The notes: generated by a model not told the origin, from the letters alone. DNA of 32,607 bases from an uncultured Pseudomonadales bacterium (GCA_964393205.1 CAYMSV010000003.1:1-32607); one strand, 5' to 3'. Counted from the first letter of the stretch, positions 7,717 through 17,989 are shown. Numbers and translations are program-made.

Positions 7717-10700
7717 CAGTTAAACCTTGGGTTAGATTTTCATAATAAAGAATTAATTTTTGGATAGTTTCTGGAGAATATTTTTTACCTCTTCTTTTTT
7801 CTATATTACGACTGATTTGTTGAATAAAGCTGTCACTCATTCCTAAGCGGTCAAGTCGAAATCTATTGTTTTGATCGTTAAGTTTTGCTCTAGTTCTTTC
7901 CTGAGAAATTTTAGCAAAATATTTTTGCATTTTTTCTCTTAAAGCTTGGTTTTCCCATCCAGATTTCACTAAGCGGCGATTAATTTCTTTAATACGATCA
8001 GCAAAAAAACTGTGTAGTTCGCACATTAGAGCATAATCTTGATTAGGTGCTTGACTAACTCTATCTGTAGTTCCTTGAACATAATCTCTAATATCATCAA
8101 AAAATGCAAATTCATAGCGCAAAATTAAATCCTTTAATTCATCGTTAGGAATTTGTTCACTGTTGTAAATTGAATCGGCCAATAGAATAAAAATTTTTTG
8201 ATCTAAATTTTCCAATTGATCAAGACCAATGTCTTCTAAGGCGCCTTCGTCCTGTCTATTTTTTATTAAATCGTTGACTTTTGTATTTAATTCAAGTTGA
8301 ATTTTTTCTAAGTCAAAATCTAAATTTTGCATTTCTTCTGCTAAATGCAAAATGCTCATTTTTAATGACTCAATAGCAGCTTCGTTTATTGTCTCGCCAC
8401 CTTTAACCTTAATGGTAGCTGCCTCTAACAAGTCAATTTCATATTTAGGCTCAAAAGTAAATTCTGCCAAATCTTCATTTCTATCAGCACAAGCTTTAGT
8501 TTTTTCATGGCCACCCCAACTGCCAGAATTATTAGGATAAACCGCTCTGAGTAGGTCCCGATAATAAGGTTTCTGTCTATCCTGTTCAGACATTGGTTTT
8601 GAACTAATCATTTGACCTGTCATTTCCTGGAGTTCAGCAATATATGCGTCTTCTAATTGATGGGCTTCTGCTTTTAAATATCCTTCAATAATAATAGGGC
8701 TTAGCGTTCTAAATTTTTTAGTAAACTCTAAAATTTTATCTCTATTTTCATTAGTAACTGATCCAGTTTTTATACAATCTGTATATTCTTTTAGAATGCT
8801 TAAAGCCTGTTTACCATGGGTGCCAATAAATCTACTTAAAAATTTTAGGTCTTCTTGGTTGTTTGCAATTTCTTTAGCATGGCTTAAAATAAATTTTTTA
8901 ATACCTTCTTGTTCTTTCTCAAAAATATGGGGCAATATTTTAATATAATCTAGAGAAAGTTCTTGAGAAATATCCTCTCGATTCACATGGTTTGCTACTT
9001 GATCTAAGATATTATCTTCGATTCCGTTTTGTTGTGCTGTTTCAATAAATTTTCTAGCAAAAGTAACAGCCTCATCGTCAGATAAAAAGAGTTTTGGATA
9101 TTTGATAGCTATTTTATTTTCTATCAAGTCAGCTGCTTTTTCATGAATTATTAAAGTTCTTTCTGGACTAATTTTTCCTTGTCCAACCGCAATGAGAAGT
9201 GTTCTTAAGGTTTCCTGATCATGGGAACTTCCTAGGTATGCCTTATTAAATTTTTGTAAAAATAATAATCCTTCATCGGAGACAAATTCATAACTTAAAT
9301 GGTGACTGGTGATCAGATCATCGTTTATTAATTCTGGAGCTTGCTCATAAAAATTTAAAGCGTTATCTCTAGAAAGTTTACCTTCACTAACTTTAAACAA
9401 GATTACGCTTAATGCTTGAGATGAGTGTTCTTGGTCTCCATCATTATATTTGTTATAAAAATTTTGAAAAAATTCCATGCCCGATTCATTCAAGAAATAT
9501 GATGGATTATGTTGAAAAACATCAAAAATCCAATGGTTTTTTGCGTCTTTAAATAAGGGGTATGAGTCGTAAGCATCTTTAAGAAAAGTTAGTTCTTCTA
9601 TAGAAGCTTTGGGTTTTTCATTTATTCCAGTAGCTAAACTTAAGACGTCATAAGAACTTAAAAGCGATAGTTTTTCTTCGTCTTCTTGATTTTCTACCCA
9701 AAGTTCTCCTAAATGTAGAAAACGCTTAAAATCATTTAATAAATTAACATATTTATCACTTTCAGGATTAGCCTTATCTAGGTTTTTTAAAACTTCTCTA
9801 ACCACATATTCCCAGCTATACAAACGGCCATTAAAATGTCGAGCTTTTTCTGCCTCTGGAGACTCCCCATCATCACCATCATATTGACTAAGTTCAAACA
9901 AGACTTTATAAGATTGTTGATAAGATAAGGCATCTTCTTGAGTGATTAAACCCTTATTAGCCATTTCTATAATCATGGCATTGTTGAGCAAAGATTCTTG
10001 AGCCATGGTTCTTAATCTTTCATCTTCAGAATCTTTATCTATAATTTGTTTTGCTAACTCAGAGACATGTTTTTTGATGTCAGAATGATTGCCATATTCG
10101 GTGTAATTCCAATTCATCAACAATTCTTTGGCTTCAGCTAATTCTGGAAAGCTTTCAATTGTTTGATCTAAAATTAATTCCCAATCATCTCTCATGGCCA
10201 AAATAGTTAAGCTTCTATTAGCATGATTAATTCGATAGCCTCGTCCATCAGCAGCGGCAATAATCACTAAATTTTTAATTGCATCAGGAGTTGGATAAAA
10301 GGTCAAATCATCTATCCAGCCACCCTCTGTGTCACTTAGAGATTTATCCATTAAAATTTGATAAATATTATTATCTAACTCCTCAATTAAGGGGCCATAG
10401 ATTGCTTTAGCAGTTTTAGCTTTTTTAAGCAAATCAAAAGCAGCTAGGCCCACACTTATTCCTTTTGATTCTAAAAGAGATTTTGGTTTCCAACCATCTT
10501 GATAATGAGCATTAAATTTTAATTTTTCGTCTAGAATAAGACTTAGTTTAGAAGCAATTTCTTTAGGTAAGTTTTCCAAGAAATCTTGTTTAAATTGAGA
10601 TAATTGTTCGTGAGCCAAATGAGCCACCATGTCTTTAATAATTGTCAAATCTTCTCCATCGGATAAATTTTTTAATTCATAACTGACATGGTTATGGACT

Positions 10701-11623
10701 TCTCGATTATTATAAAGCTCAGTCCATAATCTGTTTTTTTCTTCAACATCTCCAGCGTTTCTGGCTTCAATAAATAAATTTAAATCAGTTAAAAATTTAT
10801 TCTTATTTTCTTTAGTAAAATATTCTTCTTGTTCGCCTTTTTCTAAAAGTGGTAAAATTCTTTCTTCGACAATCTTTTGAGTTATTTCTTCACTAACCCA
10901 GGGTTCTTGAGACATTTTATTTGCATGGTTTTTCCAAACCTCTACCAATTGACCTGTTTCTTCTTCCAGATATGTTGAGGCTTTTTCTGATAAATACTTA
11001 TCAGTTCTTCTAATAGCGTCTTGAACTATTTCTAGTTGGGAATTAACTTCTTCTAACTGTTCATTAAAGTTGTCTTTTTTGTTTTCTAAATCACGTTTGG
11101 AAAGTTTTTCGCCATATTCTCTAATTCCTAAAAATAAAGTTTTAATTTTCTTATTGATTTTTTGATGAAGAGACTCTCTTCCGTAGTGTCTTTCATTATT
11201 TAAATTTCGTCGACGATCCTGCTGATCCCAATTCAAATTTCTTAAATCAGAATCAATATTGGAAATTTGTTTGCTGAGATTTGATATTGTTTCCAATAAG
11301 GATTGCTTTTCTGCTATAAGTCTAGATCTAGCCCGATTAATAGATTCCCAATCAATTTCTTCTTTTGTTGAATTTTCTTCACCTTGCTCGTCTGAGGGAA
11401 TTGAAGCTAAGGCTAATTCTAAAGAAATGTCATTGGCATTTTGATTTAAATTGGGAAGCAGATTTTTTTTAAATTCTTCTAAATTTTGAATTATTATTTC
11501 TGTTACTCGATGAGTTTCTAGAAGCTCATTTTTGATTTCAGCTACCTTTGTTTTTTGAACCTCAACTTCTTGAGAATTGGCAGAATTTATTTGCTTATTA
11601 GAAGTTTGCAAGGAATCTCTCAT
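7664..11623 (-). CDS. Large alpha-helical hypothetical protein (coiled coil plus tandem helical repeats)
   Basis: 1319-aa ORF; E/K/L-rich coiled-coil N-terminus; internal ~60-65 aa repeats. Confidence 0.85.
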   Translation of the reverse strand: MRDSLQTSNKQINSANSQEVEVQKTKVAEIKNELLETHRVTEIIIQNLEEFKKNLLPNLNQNANDISLELALASIPSDEQGEENSTKEEIDWESINRARSRLIAEKQSLLETISNLSKQISNIDSDLRNLNWDQQDRRRNLNNERHYGRESLHQKINKKIKTLFLGIREYGEKLSKRDLENKKDNFNEQLEEVNSQLEIVQDAIRRTDKYLSEKASTYLEEETGQLVEVWKNHANKMSQEPWVSEEITQKIVEERILPLLEKGEQEEYFTKENKNKFLTDLNLFIEARNAGDVEEKNRLWTELYNNREVHNHVSYELKNLSDGEDLTIIKDMVAHLAHEQLSQFKQDFLENLPKEIASKLSLILDEKLKFNAHYQDGWKPKSLLESKGISVGLAAFDLLKKAKTAKAIYGPLIEELDNNIYQILMDKSLSDTEGGWIDDLTFYPTPDAIKNLVIIAAADGRGYRINHANRSLTILAMRDDWELILDQTIESFPELAEAKELLMNWNYTEYGNHSDIKKHVSELAKQIIDKDSEDERLRTMAQESLLNNAMIIEMANKGLITQEDALSYQQSYKVLFELSQYDGDDGESPEAEKARHFNGRLYSWEYVVREVLKNLDKANPESDKYVNLLNDFKRFLHLGELWVENQEDEEKLSLLSSYDVLSLATGINEKPKASIEELTFLKDAYDSYPLFKDAKNHWIFDVFQHNPSYFLNESGMEFFQNFYNKYNDGDQEHSSQALSVILFKVSEGKLSRDNALNFYEQAPELINDDLITSHHLSYEFVSDEGLLFLQKFNKAYLGSSHDQETLRTLLIAVGQGKISPERTLIIHEKAADLIENKIAIKYPKLFLSDDEAVTFARKFIETAQQNGIEDNILDQVANHVNREDISQELSLDYIKILPHIFEKEQEGIKKFILSHAKEIANNQEDLKFLSRFIGTHGKQALSILKEYTDCIKTGSVTNENRDKILEFTKKFRTLSPIIIEGYLKAEAHQLEDAYIAELQEMTGQMISSKPMSEQDRQKPYYRDLLRAVYPNNSGSWGGHEKTKACADRNEDLAEFTFEPKYEIDLLEAATIKVKGGETINEAAIESLKMSILHLAEEMQNLDFDLEKIQLELNTKVNDLIKNRQDEGALEDIGLDQLENLDQKIFILLADSIYNSEQIPNDELKDLILRYEFAFFDDIRDYVQGTTDRVSQAPNQDYALMCELHSFFADRIKEINRRLVKSGWENQALREKMQKYFAKISQERTRAKLNDQNNRFRLDRLGMSDSFIQQISRNIEKRRGKKYSPETIQKLILYYENLTQGLTVESNIRQRIDKSFLWTT

Positions 11624-11795
11624 TAATTAATAATATCAAGTAGCAAGCATGTCCTACAAGTATTAGATTTGCTTATTTTATTTGTTGTATATTTTAATAT
11701 ATCTTGATTTTTCAATAAAAATTAAAATAAGTATTGATATCAGGGTGATATTGTATTAGCATGAATTAATACATATTGTTAGTTTTAGGTAATTT

Positions 11796-12341
11796 ATGAA
11801 AATAAAAAAAATACTACTATTATTGATTATATTTATAATTTTCTTGTTTTCTTCATTATTTGCACTTAGAAAGATAATTATAGGTGATACGCCAGGTAGT
11901 TTTGTGGACAGGCGTTTTTTTGATTATGTTGCTATCGATAGGTCAGCAGCAGAGTGGCTAATGTATCATATTTTTGAGGGAACAAATTATCTAAAGGAAT
12001 TGATAGTTACTACTGTTGTTGAGGGTACGGTTGTTGATGTGGAATTAACAGGAGGAGAGATAGGCGGATTTAGATATTATCAGGTTGGAGAGTCAGAGGG
12101 CACTTACGAGTATTTGGTAAAGATAAGGCTAGCGAGCTTAGAGTATCCAGAACAACAAACAACTTACTTTTTTAGTCCGAGAAGAGTGGAGTTAGCAGAA
12201 TTATTTAATGAACAGGGTGAGGAAATAGATTTTGAACAAATTGAAAGTGGTTCATTAATTAGAATTGAAGAAACCGTTGATTTAATGTCAACAAATAGGG
12301 ACGATGCGAACGTTAAAAGTCTTTTAATTAAACTTCAATAA
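11796..12341 (+). CDS. Hypothetical membrane-anchored/exported protein
   Basis: MKIKK followed by a hydrophobic helix, then an acidic beta-rich domain. Confidence 0.75.
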   Translation: MKIKKILLLLIIFIIFLFSSLFALRKIIIGDTPGSFVDRRFFDYVAIDRSAAEWLMYHIFEGTNYLKELIVTTVVEGTVVDVELTGGEIGGFRYYQVGESEGTYEYLVKIRLASLEYPEQQTTYFFSPRRVELAELFNEQGEEIDFEQIESGSLIRIEETVDLMSTNRDDANVKSLLIKLQ

Positions 12342-12489
12342 TACTTAGTTGTAAATAATATTTTTTTGTTAATATTTCAAATAATTACTAAATTGTTTTT
12401 CATTTTTTAATTGGAGGTATTTTCATAAATTTAACTGAATCTGGTATAATACTTTTTTTTATAAATAATCTAAGAAAATATTGAACAAT

Positions 12490-13494
12490 ATGTTGTTTAA
12501 AGAAGCGGTCAAGGAATATCAAGCTTTAGCAGACTCACGAGCTTCATCTACCGAAAGACTACAGGTTCGATCTGATATTGCAGAGATGATTAGCTCTAAA
12601 GCAATTAGCCCAGATTGGTATCTCAATACCATTATTCTTTCTGCACTAAATTATCAATCTTGGGATTACAACAATAATAAATCTAGGCAACCATCTTTAG
12701 CAGAATCTATTATAGCCACGGAAAATTTAAATAAAAAATATAGAGAATTGGTTAAATTGTTGTCTCCTAGAGTTAGATCAATTATTAAGATTGGCTCTTC
12801 TACTTGGGCGGAAAATTTTAATGTTAGAGATTTTTCACAAGACAAATCAGATTTAGACCTTGAAGTTTTAATTGATGATGTCAGCTCTTCTATCGGAGAA
12901 GGCTTGCCAGGAGCAGAAGCTGGTTTAGAAACTTTTATGGAATTATACAAAAGAGGTCAGGCTGATTATTTTTCTTATGGTTATAAATCTGATGGCATAC
13001 CAATTAGCATTCATTTTATGCCAACGGAAACATTTAAAAGAAACTGTGGTTTAAATGTGGTTTCTCTTTCGAAATCGATCACTAATGTGGAGTTTAGAAT
13101 TAAACCAAAATCTAAGCCGCCAGTTTATGATGAGAGGTATGATGGCTCAGGTAGAGAATTTGTCTTTAGGGCCATACCACAAAAAATTACTGGTGGTATT
13201 TTAACAGAGGTGCCAGTTATGATGGTTGGTCCACAAGACCAAATTGTTATGGGTTTGATACCGAGCAAATATTTTACTTATCCAGAAGTTAGGGGTGATC
13301 GAGAATTTTTTGAAGAAAATATTGCTAAATTTAAAAAGAATTTAAATTTAAGATTAATTGCTGAGGGCGGAGATGGTAGGTTTACCAATATGCCGGCTAG
13401 AAAAAAACTAATGCCTAGTTATGTTTTAAATCTACTCGATAAAGAACAAAAAGAATTACAAAAAAGAACCATTAAGAATCAGCCAAAGCCTTGA
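12490..13494 (+). CDS. Putative Pol-beta superfamily nucleotidyltransferase-fold protein
   Basis: IIKIGSS...KSDLDLEVLID matches hG[GS]...DhDh. ATG at 12490 (alternative TTG at 12481). Confidence 0.65.
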   Translation: MLFKEAVKEYQALADSRASSTERLQVRSDIAEMISSKAISPDWYLNTIILSALNYQSWDYNNNKSRQPSLAESIIATENLNKKYRELVKLLSPRVRSIIKIGSSTWAENFNVRDFSQDKSDLDLEVLIDDVSSSIGEGLPGAEAGLETFMELYKRGQADYFSYGYKSDGIPISIHFMPTETFKRNCGLNVVSLSKSITNVEFRIKPKSKPPVYDERYDGSGREFVFRAIPQKITGGILTEVPVMMVGPQDQIVMGLIPSKYFTYPEVRGDREFFEENIAKFKKNLNLRLIAEGGDGRFTNMPARKKLMPSYVLNLLDKEQKELQKRTIKNQPKP

Positions 13495-14104
13495 GGAATA
13501 TTGATTGAAAGACAGGGGGTTGTCCTTGAATAATTTTGAACACTTCACAATTTGGAACAGTTAATGATACCCAATCTTCTGGTTTACTTTGCCAAACTCC
13601 TCCGGCTATTGCTCTAATTACGCTGTTATGTAGTATTAGCAGCATATTCAAGTTTTCCTCATCAACCTGTTCTTTTAGGAATTGATAAACTGGTAGAACT
13701 CTTTCTAAACTTTCTTTAGCTGTTTCTCCACTGGGAACGTAGTGTGTATATTTGTCCGTTTCTGGTTTATGCAAATATTCGGATAAACCAGCCTTGACGG
13801 CTTCTTCTCTAGTATATCCTTCTAACACTCCGAAGGATTGAGGTTTTAATTCTGGAATAACAAGGATGTTTTGGGGTTTTGTATATTCTGCGACAATCTG
13901 AGCTGTTAGCAAAGCTCTAGATAGAGGAGAAGAAACTATGGTATCAATTTTTATTTTTTTTAATTTTTTACCAGTTTCGTGAGCTTGAGCTAAGCCTTTT
14001 TCAGTTAAGGGTGATTCTTTGTGGCCGACTATTCTTTTTTCCACATTAGCTAAGCATTCTCCATGACGCGTTATCATTAGTCCTAACTTTTCATTATCTT
14101 TCAT
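13472..14104 (-). CDS. Histidine phosphatase (phosphoglycerate mutase) family protein
   Basis: ITRHGE, PLTEKGLAQA, SSPLSRA..TA, FGVLEG, GET, LILHNSVIR. Confidence 0.92.
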   Translation of the reverse strand: MKDNEKLGLMITRHGECLANVEKRIVGHKESPLTEKGLAQAHETGKKLKKIKIDTIVSSPLSRALLTAQIVAEYTKPQNILVIPELKPQSFGVLEGYTREEAVKAGLSEYLHKPETDKYTHYVPSGETAKESLERVLPVYQFLKEQVDEENLNMLLILHNSVIRAIAGGVWQSKPEDWVSLTVPNCEVFKIIQGQPPVFQSIFLKALADS

Positions 14105-14180
14105 AAGAGGGAATTATATCATTTTTTCTCAAGCTGTCTAAATTTGTTAAATTTAGTATAAATTGTTAAAATCTAATTAT

Positions 14181-14420
14181 ATGAAATGGAAGATTGAAAA
14201 TAAAAAACTAGTTAGAGACTTTGAGTTTGCAGATTTTCAAGAAGCACTTGTTTTTGTTAATAAAATTGCGAAAATAGCAGAAGAACTCAAGCATCATCCA
14301 GATATTTTAATTCATTCTTACAATAAAATTAGGGTTATGATTTATACTCATGATGAGGATAAAATAACAGATAAGGATTATGGCCTAGCAGAAGAAATTG
14401 ATGTTTTAAACAAGGACTAA
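14181..14420 (+). CDS. phhB: Pterin-4-alpha-carbinolamine dehydratase (PCD/PhhB family)
   Basis: FEFADFQEALVFVNKIA..AE...HHPDI...YNK...THD...ITDKDY.LA..ID. Confidence 0.9.
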   Translation: MKWKIENKKLVRDFEFADFQEALVFVNKIAKIAEELKHHPDILIHSYNKIRVMIYTHDEDKITDKDYGLAEEIDVLNKD

Positions 14421-14485
14421 TTGCAAAGAAACATGGAAGTGATTAAGAAATTTGATGGGATATAGATTTTCGAAATGTGTTGGTC

Positions 14486-14863
14486 TTAGCAAATAAGCAT
14501 TGAATAGAGCATTTTCATTAATAAAGCTTTTATTTCTTCAACACTTTGAGTTTTTTTAAGTTCAAGTACTTGATGGCCAGTTAACTGCACATAGTTTTCC
14601 ACACCAGCTTTTTCTACCACTCTTCTTTGAGCAGCCTTATGTCCATTATTTCGATTTTTGCCATTACCAATTTCTACATGAACACCCTGGCCAGTTTCAG
14701 GATTAGTTACGTAAAAATCTGGATGAGTCACCACTTTATCTTTTTTGCCATTGTGATTTTCTACTGCTTCTTGGGTTCTAATGGCCTTGGCTTGATCAAC
14801 AATAAAACCAGCAGCTTGTGCTTTTTTTGCAAAAAGTATTTCTAAGCTATGTCGTCTAGCCAT
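14486..14863 (-). CDS. Hypothetical protein, PD-(D/E)XK nuclease-like
   Basis: HSLE helix, THPDFYV and VHVEIG strands; ATG at 14863 follows a TATAAT. Confidence 0.55.
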   Translation of the reverse strand: MARRHSLEILFAKKAQAAGFIVDQAKAIRTQEAVENHNGKKDKVVTHPDFYVTNPETGQGVHVEIGNGKNRNNGHKAAQRRVVEKAGVENYVQLTGHQVLELKKTQSVEEIKALLMKMLYSMLIC

Positions 14864-14889
14864 TCGGCTATTATACAGCACAGATTTTT

Positions 14890-15240
14890 TTATTTTTTAG
14901 CCTTAGTTTTTCGTTCTTCAATTTTTTTGAGAGTATAGGTGATTCGATCATGAAGATTAATATTTTTAATGCGAGCAAAACGTAAAATGGTAACCAATAG
15001 GTCGCCAAGTTCTTGTTCATATGATTCATCTGTTTGGGCAGCAACATTAGTTTTTTTGCGACCATGCTCTGCTAGGTAAGCACGCGACATCTCTCCTAAT
15101 TCTTCAAGTAAACTCAAAATCATAATCGAACCAAATTCTTTTGAATAGCGCTTGCCTTTATCAATTCTATCTAGAATTTTAAAGTATTCCCCAAAAGGAG
15201 TGTCATGGTAGGGTCGAGTTGTAGTTTTTTTTTGTGTCAT
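14890..15240 (-). CDS. MazG-like nucleotide pyrophosphohydrolase
   Basis: LLEELGEMSRA...EQELGDLL (ExxE...ExxD) motif. Confidence 0.88.
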   Translation of the reverse strand: MTQKKTTTRPYHDTPFGEYFKILDRIDKGKRYSKEFGSIMILSLLEELGEMSRAYLAEHGRKKTNVAAQTDESYEQELGDLLVTILRFARIKNINLHDRITYTLKKIEERKTKAKK

Positions 15241-15252
15241 TGGCTAATTTTA

Positions 15253-16860
15253 TCACGAAGCAAAGAAAATCAGCTCAGTGTTATACGGAGCGAGGTTAAG
15301 ATTAAAAGAGGTTTCTTTATTTTCTAGATGAGAGTAAAGGTTTTTATTCAGTTGATAGCTACTAATCACTCGGTAATTATTTTGCTGTGGTACGTATGCT
15401 TGAGTTTGGTTTTTCCCCATATTAATGCATACGAGAGCTTTAATTGTTTGATCACTAGATATCACTTCCAACACTATTAAATTTGTTGCTTGTCCATGAG
15501 CTTTAGCCATCGACCATTGGCCCTCGCGAAATAGTTTTGATTGTTTGAGCTGTAATAGATTTTGATAATAACTTTTCAACTGTTGATCACTTTTTTCTTG
15601 AGGAGAGCGTGTGATTTGCATTGGTGGACGTATAGTTCGACCTTCATCCTGACCCTGATTAATCAATAACATGGTGTTTGGTAAAAAACTAATCAAGGCT
15701 GCTGCCGCCTGAGAAAATTCTTTACCCATGGTTTTGATGGCTCTTTCCTCATCATGATTTTCTAGATAAACAGTGTCTTTACACTGGCCTTGATTTTGAG
15801 CACACTCAAGCAAGTGAGCGATGTGTTCTTTTAAATGGTAGGGATTTTCGCCTCTGGCTACTCTGACTAAATGTTTATAAAGTTCATCACGATAAATATA
15901 ATCAAAGTTTTTAGCTAAAACATCCTTTTCCCAATAAGCTTCAGCCATAAATTCAAAATCTAACTTATTTAAAGATTGTGCTTTAGCTTTGGCTTTAGGA
16001 ATTGCTTCCTGCCAAAATTGATGATTTTGAATGTATTGTTTTTCTTCTTCATTAAGAGTCCATCCCCAAGTGCGCAAAAAAGTTGAGGGGTTAAGTAGCA
16101 TTGCCATGTCACATCTTACGCCATCAACATGTTCAACTAGTGATAGCAATTTTTCAGTCATTATATGATGAACAACTTCTTGGCCATAATTAAGCTGTAG
16201 AGTGTCAGACCATTCTGGATAATTAGGATCTTTACCATGAGCCAGATAATGTGTTTGACCGTTTTGACCCCCAATAGCTTGATATAAATTAGGATTTTTT
16301 AAAAATTGGTCCCTGCTGCCCTGAATAAAATATTCTGGATGCTCTCTTGCCCAAGGATGATCAACAGCAGTATGATTTGGTACAAAATCTACGTAAACTT
16401 TTTTATCTGCTTCGTGCAATTTTTTGACCATCTTATCCCAAGCCTCCCAGCTTTCTACGAGATGAGGGTTTGGTAGATAGTCAGCTATTGCGAATGGGCT
16501 AGCCACTACGTCTTTGTCAGGGTTAATGTCTGGCAGGGCATAGGTGTATTGATGAGTGTATTTTTTAGCATGATTGGCACTAAACTGACTTGGTAGATAG
16601 ATACCCATAAACCAAAAAATATCATAATTGTTTAATTTTTCTACCCATGCTTCATCAGGAATTGTGTCAACAGTGACTGTTCGATTATATTTTTGACCCA
16701 AGTCATTGAGCCATAACCTAGTATTAATTAAGTTTAAGCTTATTTGTTGGTCTTTTTTTTGGCTAGGTTTTAAATGTTCTTCAAGCCTACGATCAAAGAC
16801 CTCACAACTAACAAGATGAGTTTTTTTCAATGCTTGATTGCTTAGAACCTCTTTATTCAC
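15253..16860 (-). CDS. GH13 alpha-amylase family glycosidase
   Basis: VDFVPNH, GVRCDMA (nucleophile), FMAEAY (acid/base), YLENHDE. Confidence 0.93.
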   Translation of the reverse strand: MNKEVLSNQALKKTHLVSCEVFDRRLEEHLKPSQKKDQQISLNLINTRLWLNDLGQKYNRTVTVDTIPDEAWVEKLNNYDIFWFMGIYLPSQFSANHAKKYTHQYTYALPDINPDKDVVASPFAIADYLPNPHLVESWEAWDKMVKKLHEADKKVYVDFVPNHTAVDHPWAREHPEYFIQGSRDQFLKNPNLYQAIGGQNGQTHYLAHGKDPNYPEWSDTLQLNYGQEVVHHIMTEKLLSLVEHVDGVRCDMAMLLNPSTFLRTWGWTLNEEEKQYIQNHQFWQEAIPKAKAKAQSLNKLDFEFMAEAYWEKDVLAKNFDYIYRDELYKHLVRVARGENPYHLKEHIAHLLECAQNQGQCKDTVYLENHDEERAIKTMGKEFSQAAAALISFLPNTMLLINQGQDEGRTIRPPMQITRSPQEKSDQQLKSYYQNLLQLKQSKLFREGQWSMAKAHGQATNLIVLEVISSDQTIKALVCINMGKNQTQAYVPQQNNYRVISSYQLNKNLYSHLENKETSFNLNLAPYNTELIFFAS

Positions 16861-17010
16861 TGTTTTTTAACCATTAATATGAAATCTCAAAAGTTCTCTC
16901 AATTTATCATTGTCTTGGTCGATTGTAAATCTCTGAGAAAATTAAATTGATGGAAAAGACTTTGCAATCAATGATAAAATAGCTTTTTAATTTAATTAGA
17001 GGAGGAAAAA

Positions 17011-17253
17011 ATGACAAAAGAAGATGTTTTAGAAAAAAATAATGGTCATTTAAAAGAGCGCCAGACTTATAATGATTTTATAGATATGTTTATAGAATTG
17101 AAGAAACAATACCCAAATTTGAATGTTGAGCAATTTGTTGAGCAACTAGCTGAAGCCTTACCAGAAGCTAGAGCTATTATTCTTCTTGAAGAAGCTAGAG
17201 AAAAAGGTGTCCCAGTTGATAGAAATCTTATTTTTCCAGAATCAAATAAATAA
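17011..17253 (+). CDS. Hypothetical protein
   Basis: 80-aa ORF with a strong GAGGAGG RBS. Confidence 0.7.
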   Translation: MTKEDVLEKNNGHLKERQTYNDFIDMFIELKKQYPNLNVEQFVEQLAEALPEARAIILLEEAREKGVPVDRNLIFPESNK

Positions 17254-17335
17254 ATTTGCTTTATTTCAGAAAAAAATACTAGTTAATTAAATATAGACTT
17301 GTTGTCATATGTAAAATTTTGTTATACTAGAAGTT

Positions 17336-17989
17336 ATGACAAACATTAACTCTGCCCCATTTCAACAGGATTTTTCTAATGCAAATAGCGCTATAGCGTC
17401 GAACGACCAAGCAATCTCCGATAATGCCCAGACAACCCAGGAGAGTGATTCTAATAAGCTATGGTTGGCTTTACTAATAATATTAGCCATAATTGTTGGT
17501 TTCTGGATTGGTTTTTTTGTCAATGAATATTTTTATCAAAGCCCAGAAGATCAAAATGCACAAATAGATGTAATTGATGATTTAACTCCTGAGCCAATAG
17601 TGGAAAGAGCTATTGAAGTAGACAGAACTGAAGAAATTGACGGTACTGGGGAGGAATATATTGTTTTTCGGGAGGAAAATTATAATATAGGAGAAACTAT
17701 TAGTATTGCTCCAGACAATGAGTGTATATCAGAGGATTTAAACTTAATTTTAACTGATATTCAAGAAGATAAGTTGGTTTTTGAAGTAGAAGCTCTTGTT
17801 TTAGATAGAAGTATAAATCAATTTGTAGAAGAAATGATAGAAATCGAAATTGAAGACCAGTATTGTTCACCAGCCTTAACTTCATGTGAAAACACTCCAC
17901 TTGACTACTGTTTTTCTGTGAATAGTGTTGATGGAATTTATAATTTGGGCTATGAGTTGAGAGAAGGAACTCTCACACCTTTGAATTGA
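17336..17989 (+). CDS. Hypothetical single-pass membrane protein with an acidic Cys-containing domain
   Basis: Low-complexity N-terminus, TM helix LWLALLIILAIIVGFWIGFFV, four Cys in the C-terminal part. Confidence 0.75.
   Translation: MTNINSAPFQQDFSNANSAIASNDQAISDNAQTTQESDSNKLWLALLIILAIIVGFWIGFFVNEYFYQSPEDQNAQIDVIDDLTPEPIVERAIEVDRTEEIDGTGEEYIVFREENYNIGETISIAPDNECISEDLNLILTDIQEDKLVFEVEALVLDRSINQFVEEMIEIEIEDQYCSPALTSCENTPLDYCFSVNSVDGIYNLGYELREGTLTPLN

Noticed and set aside
14181-14420. PCD without an aromatic amino acid hydroxylase
   Set aside because: Orphan PCD genes are common in bacteria, so this is not novel
14871-15065. 64-aa minus-strand ORF
   Set aside because: Alternative frame inside the MazG gene
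17164-17200. Direct repeat GAAGCTAGAG
   Set aside because: Only two short copies, both encoding EAR within a CDS
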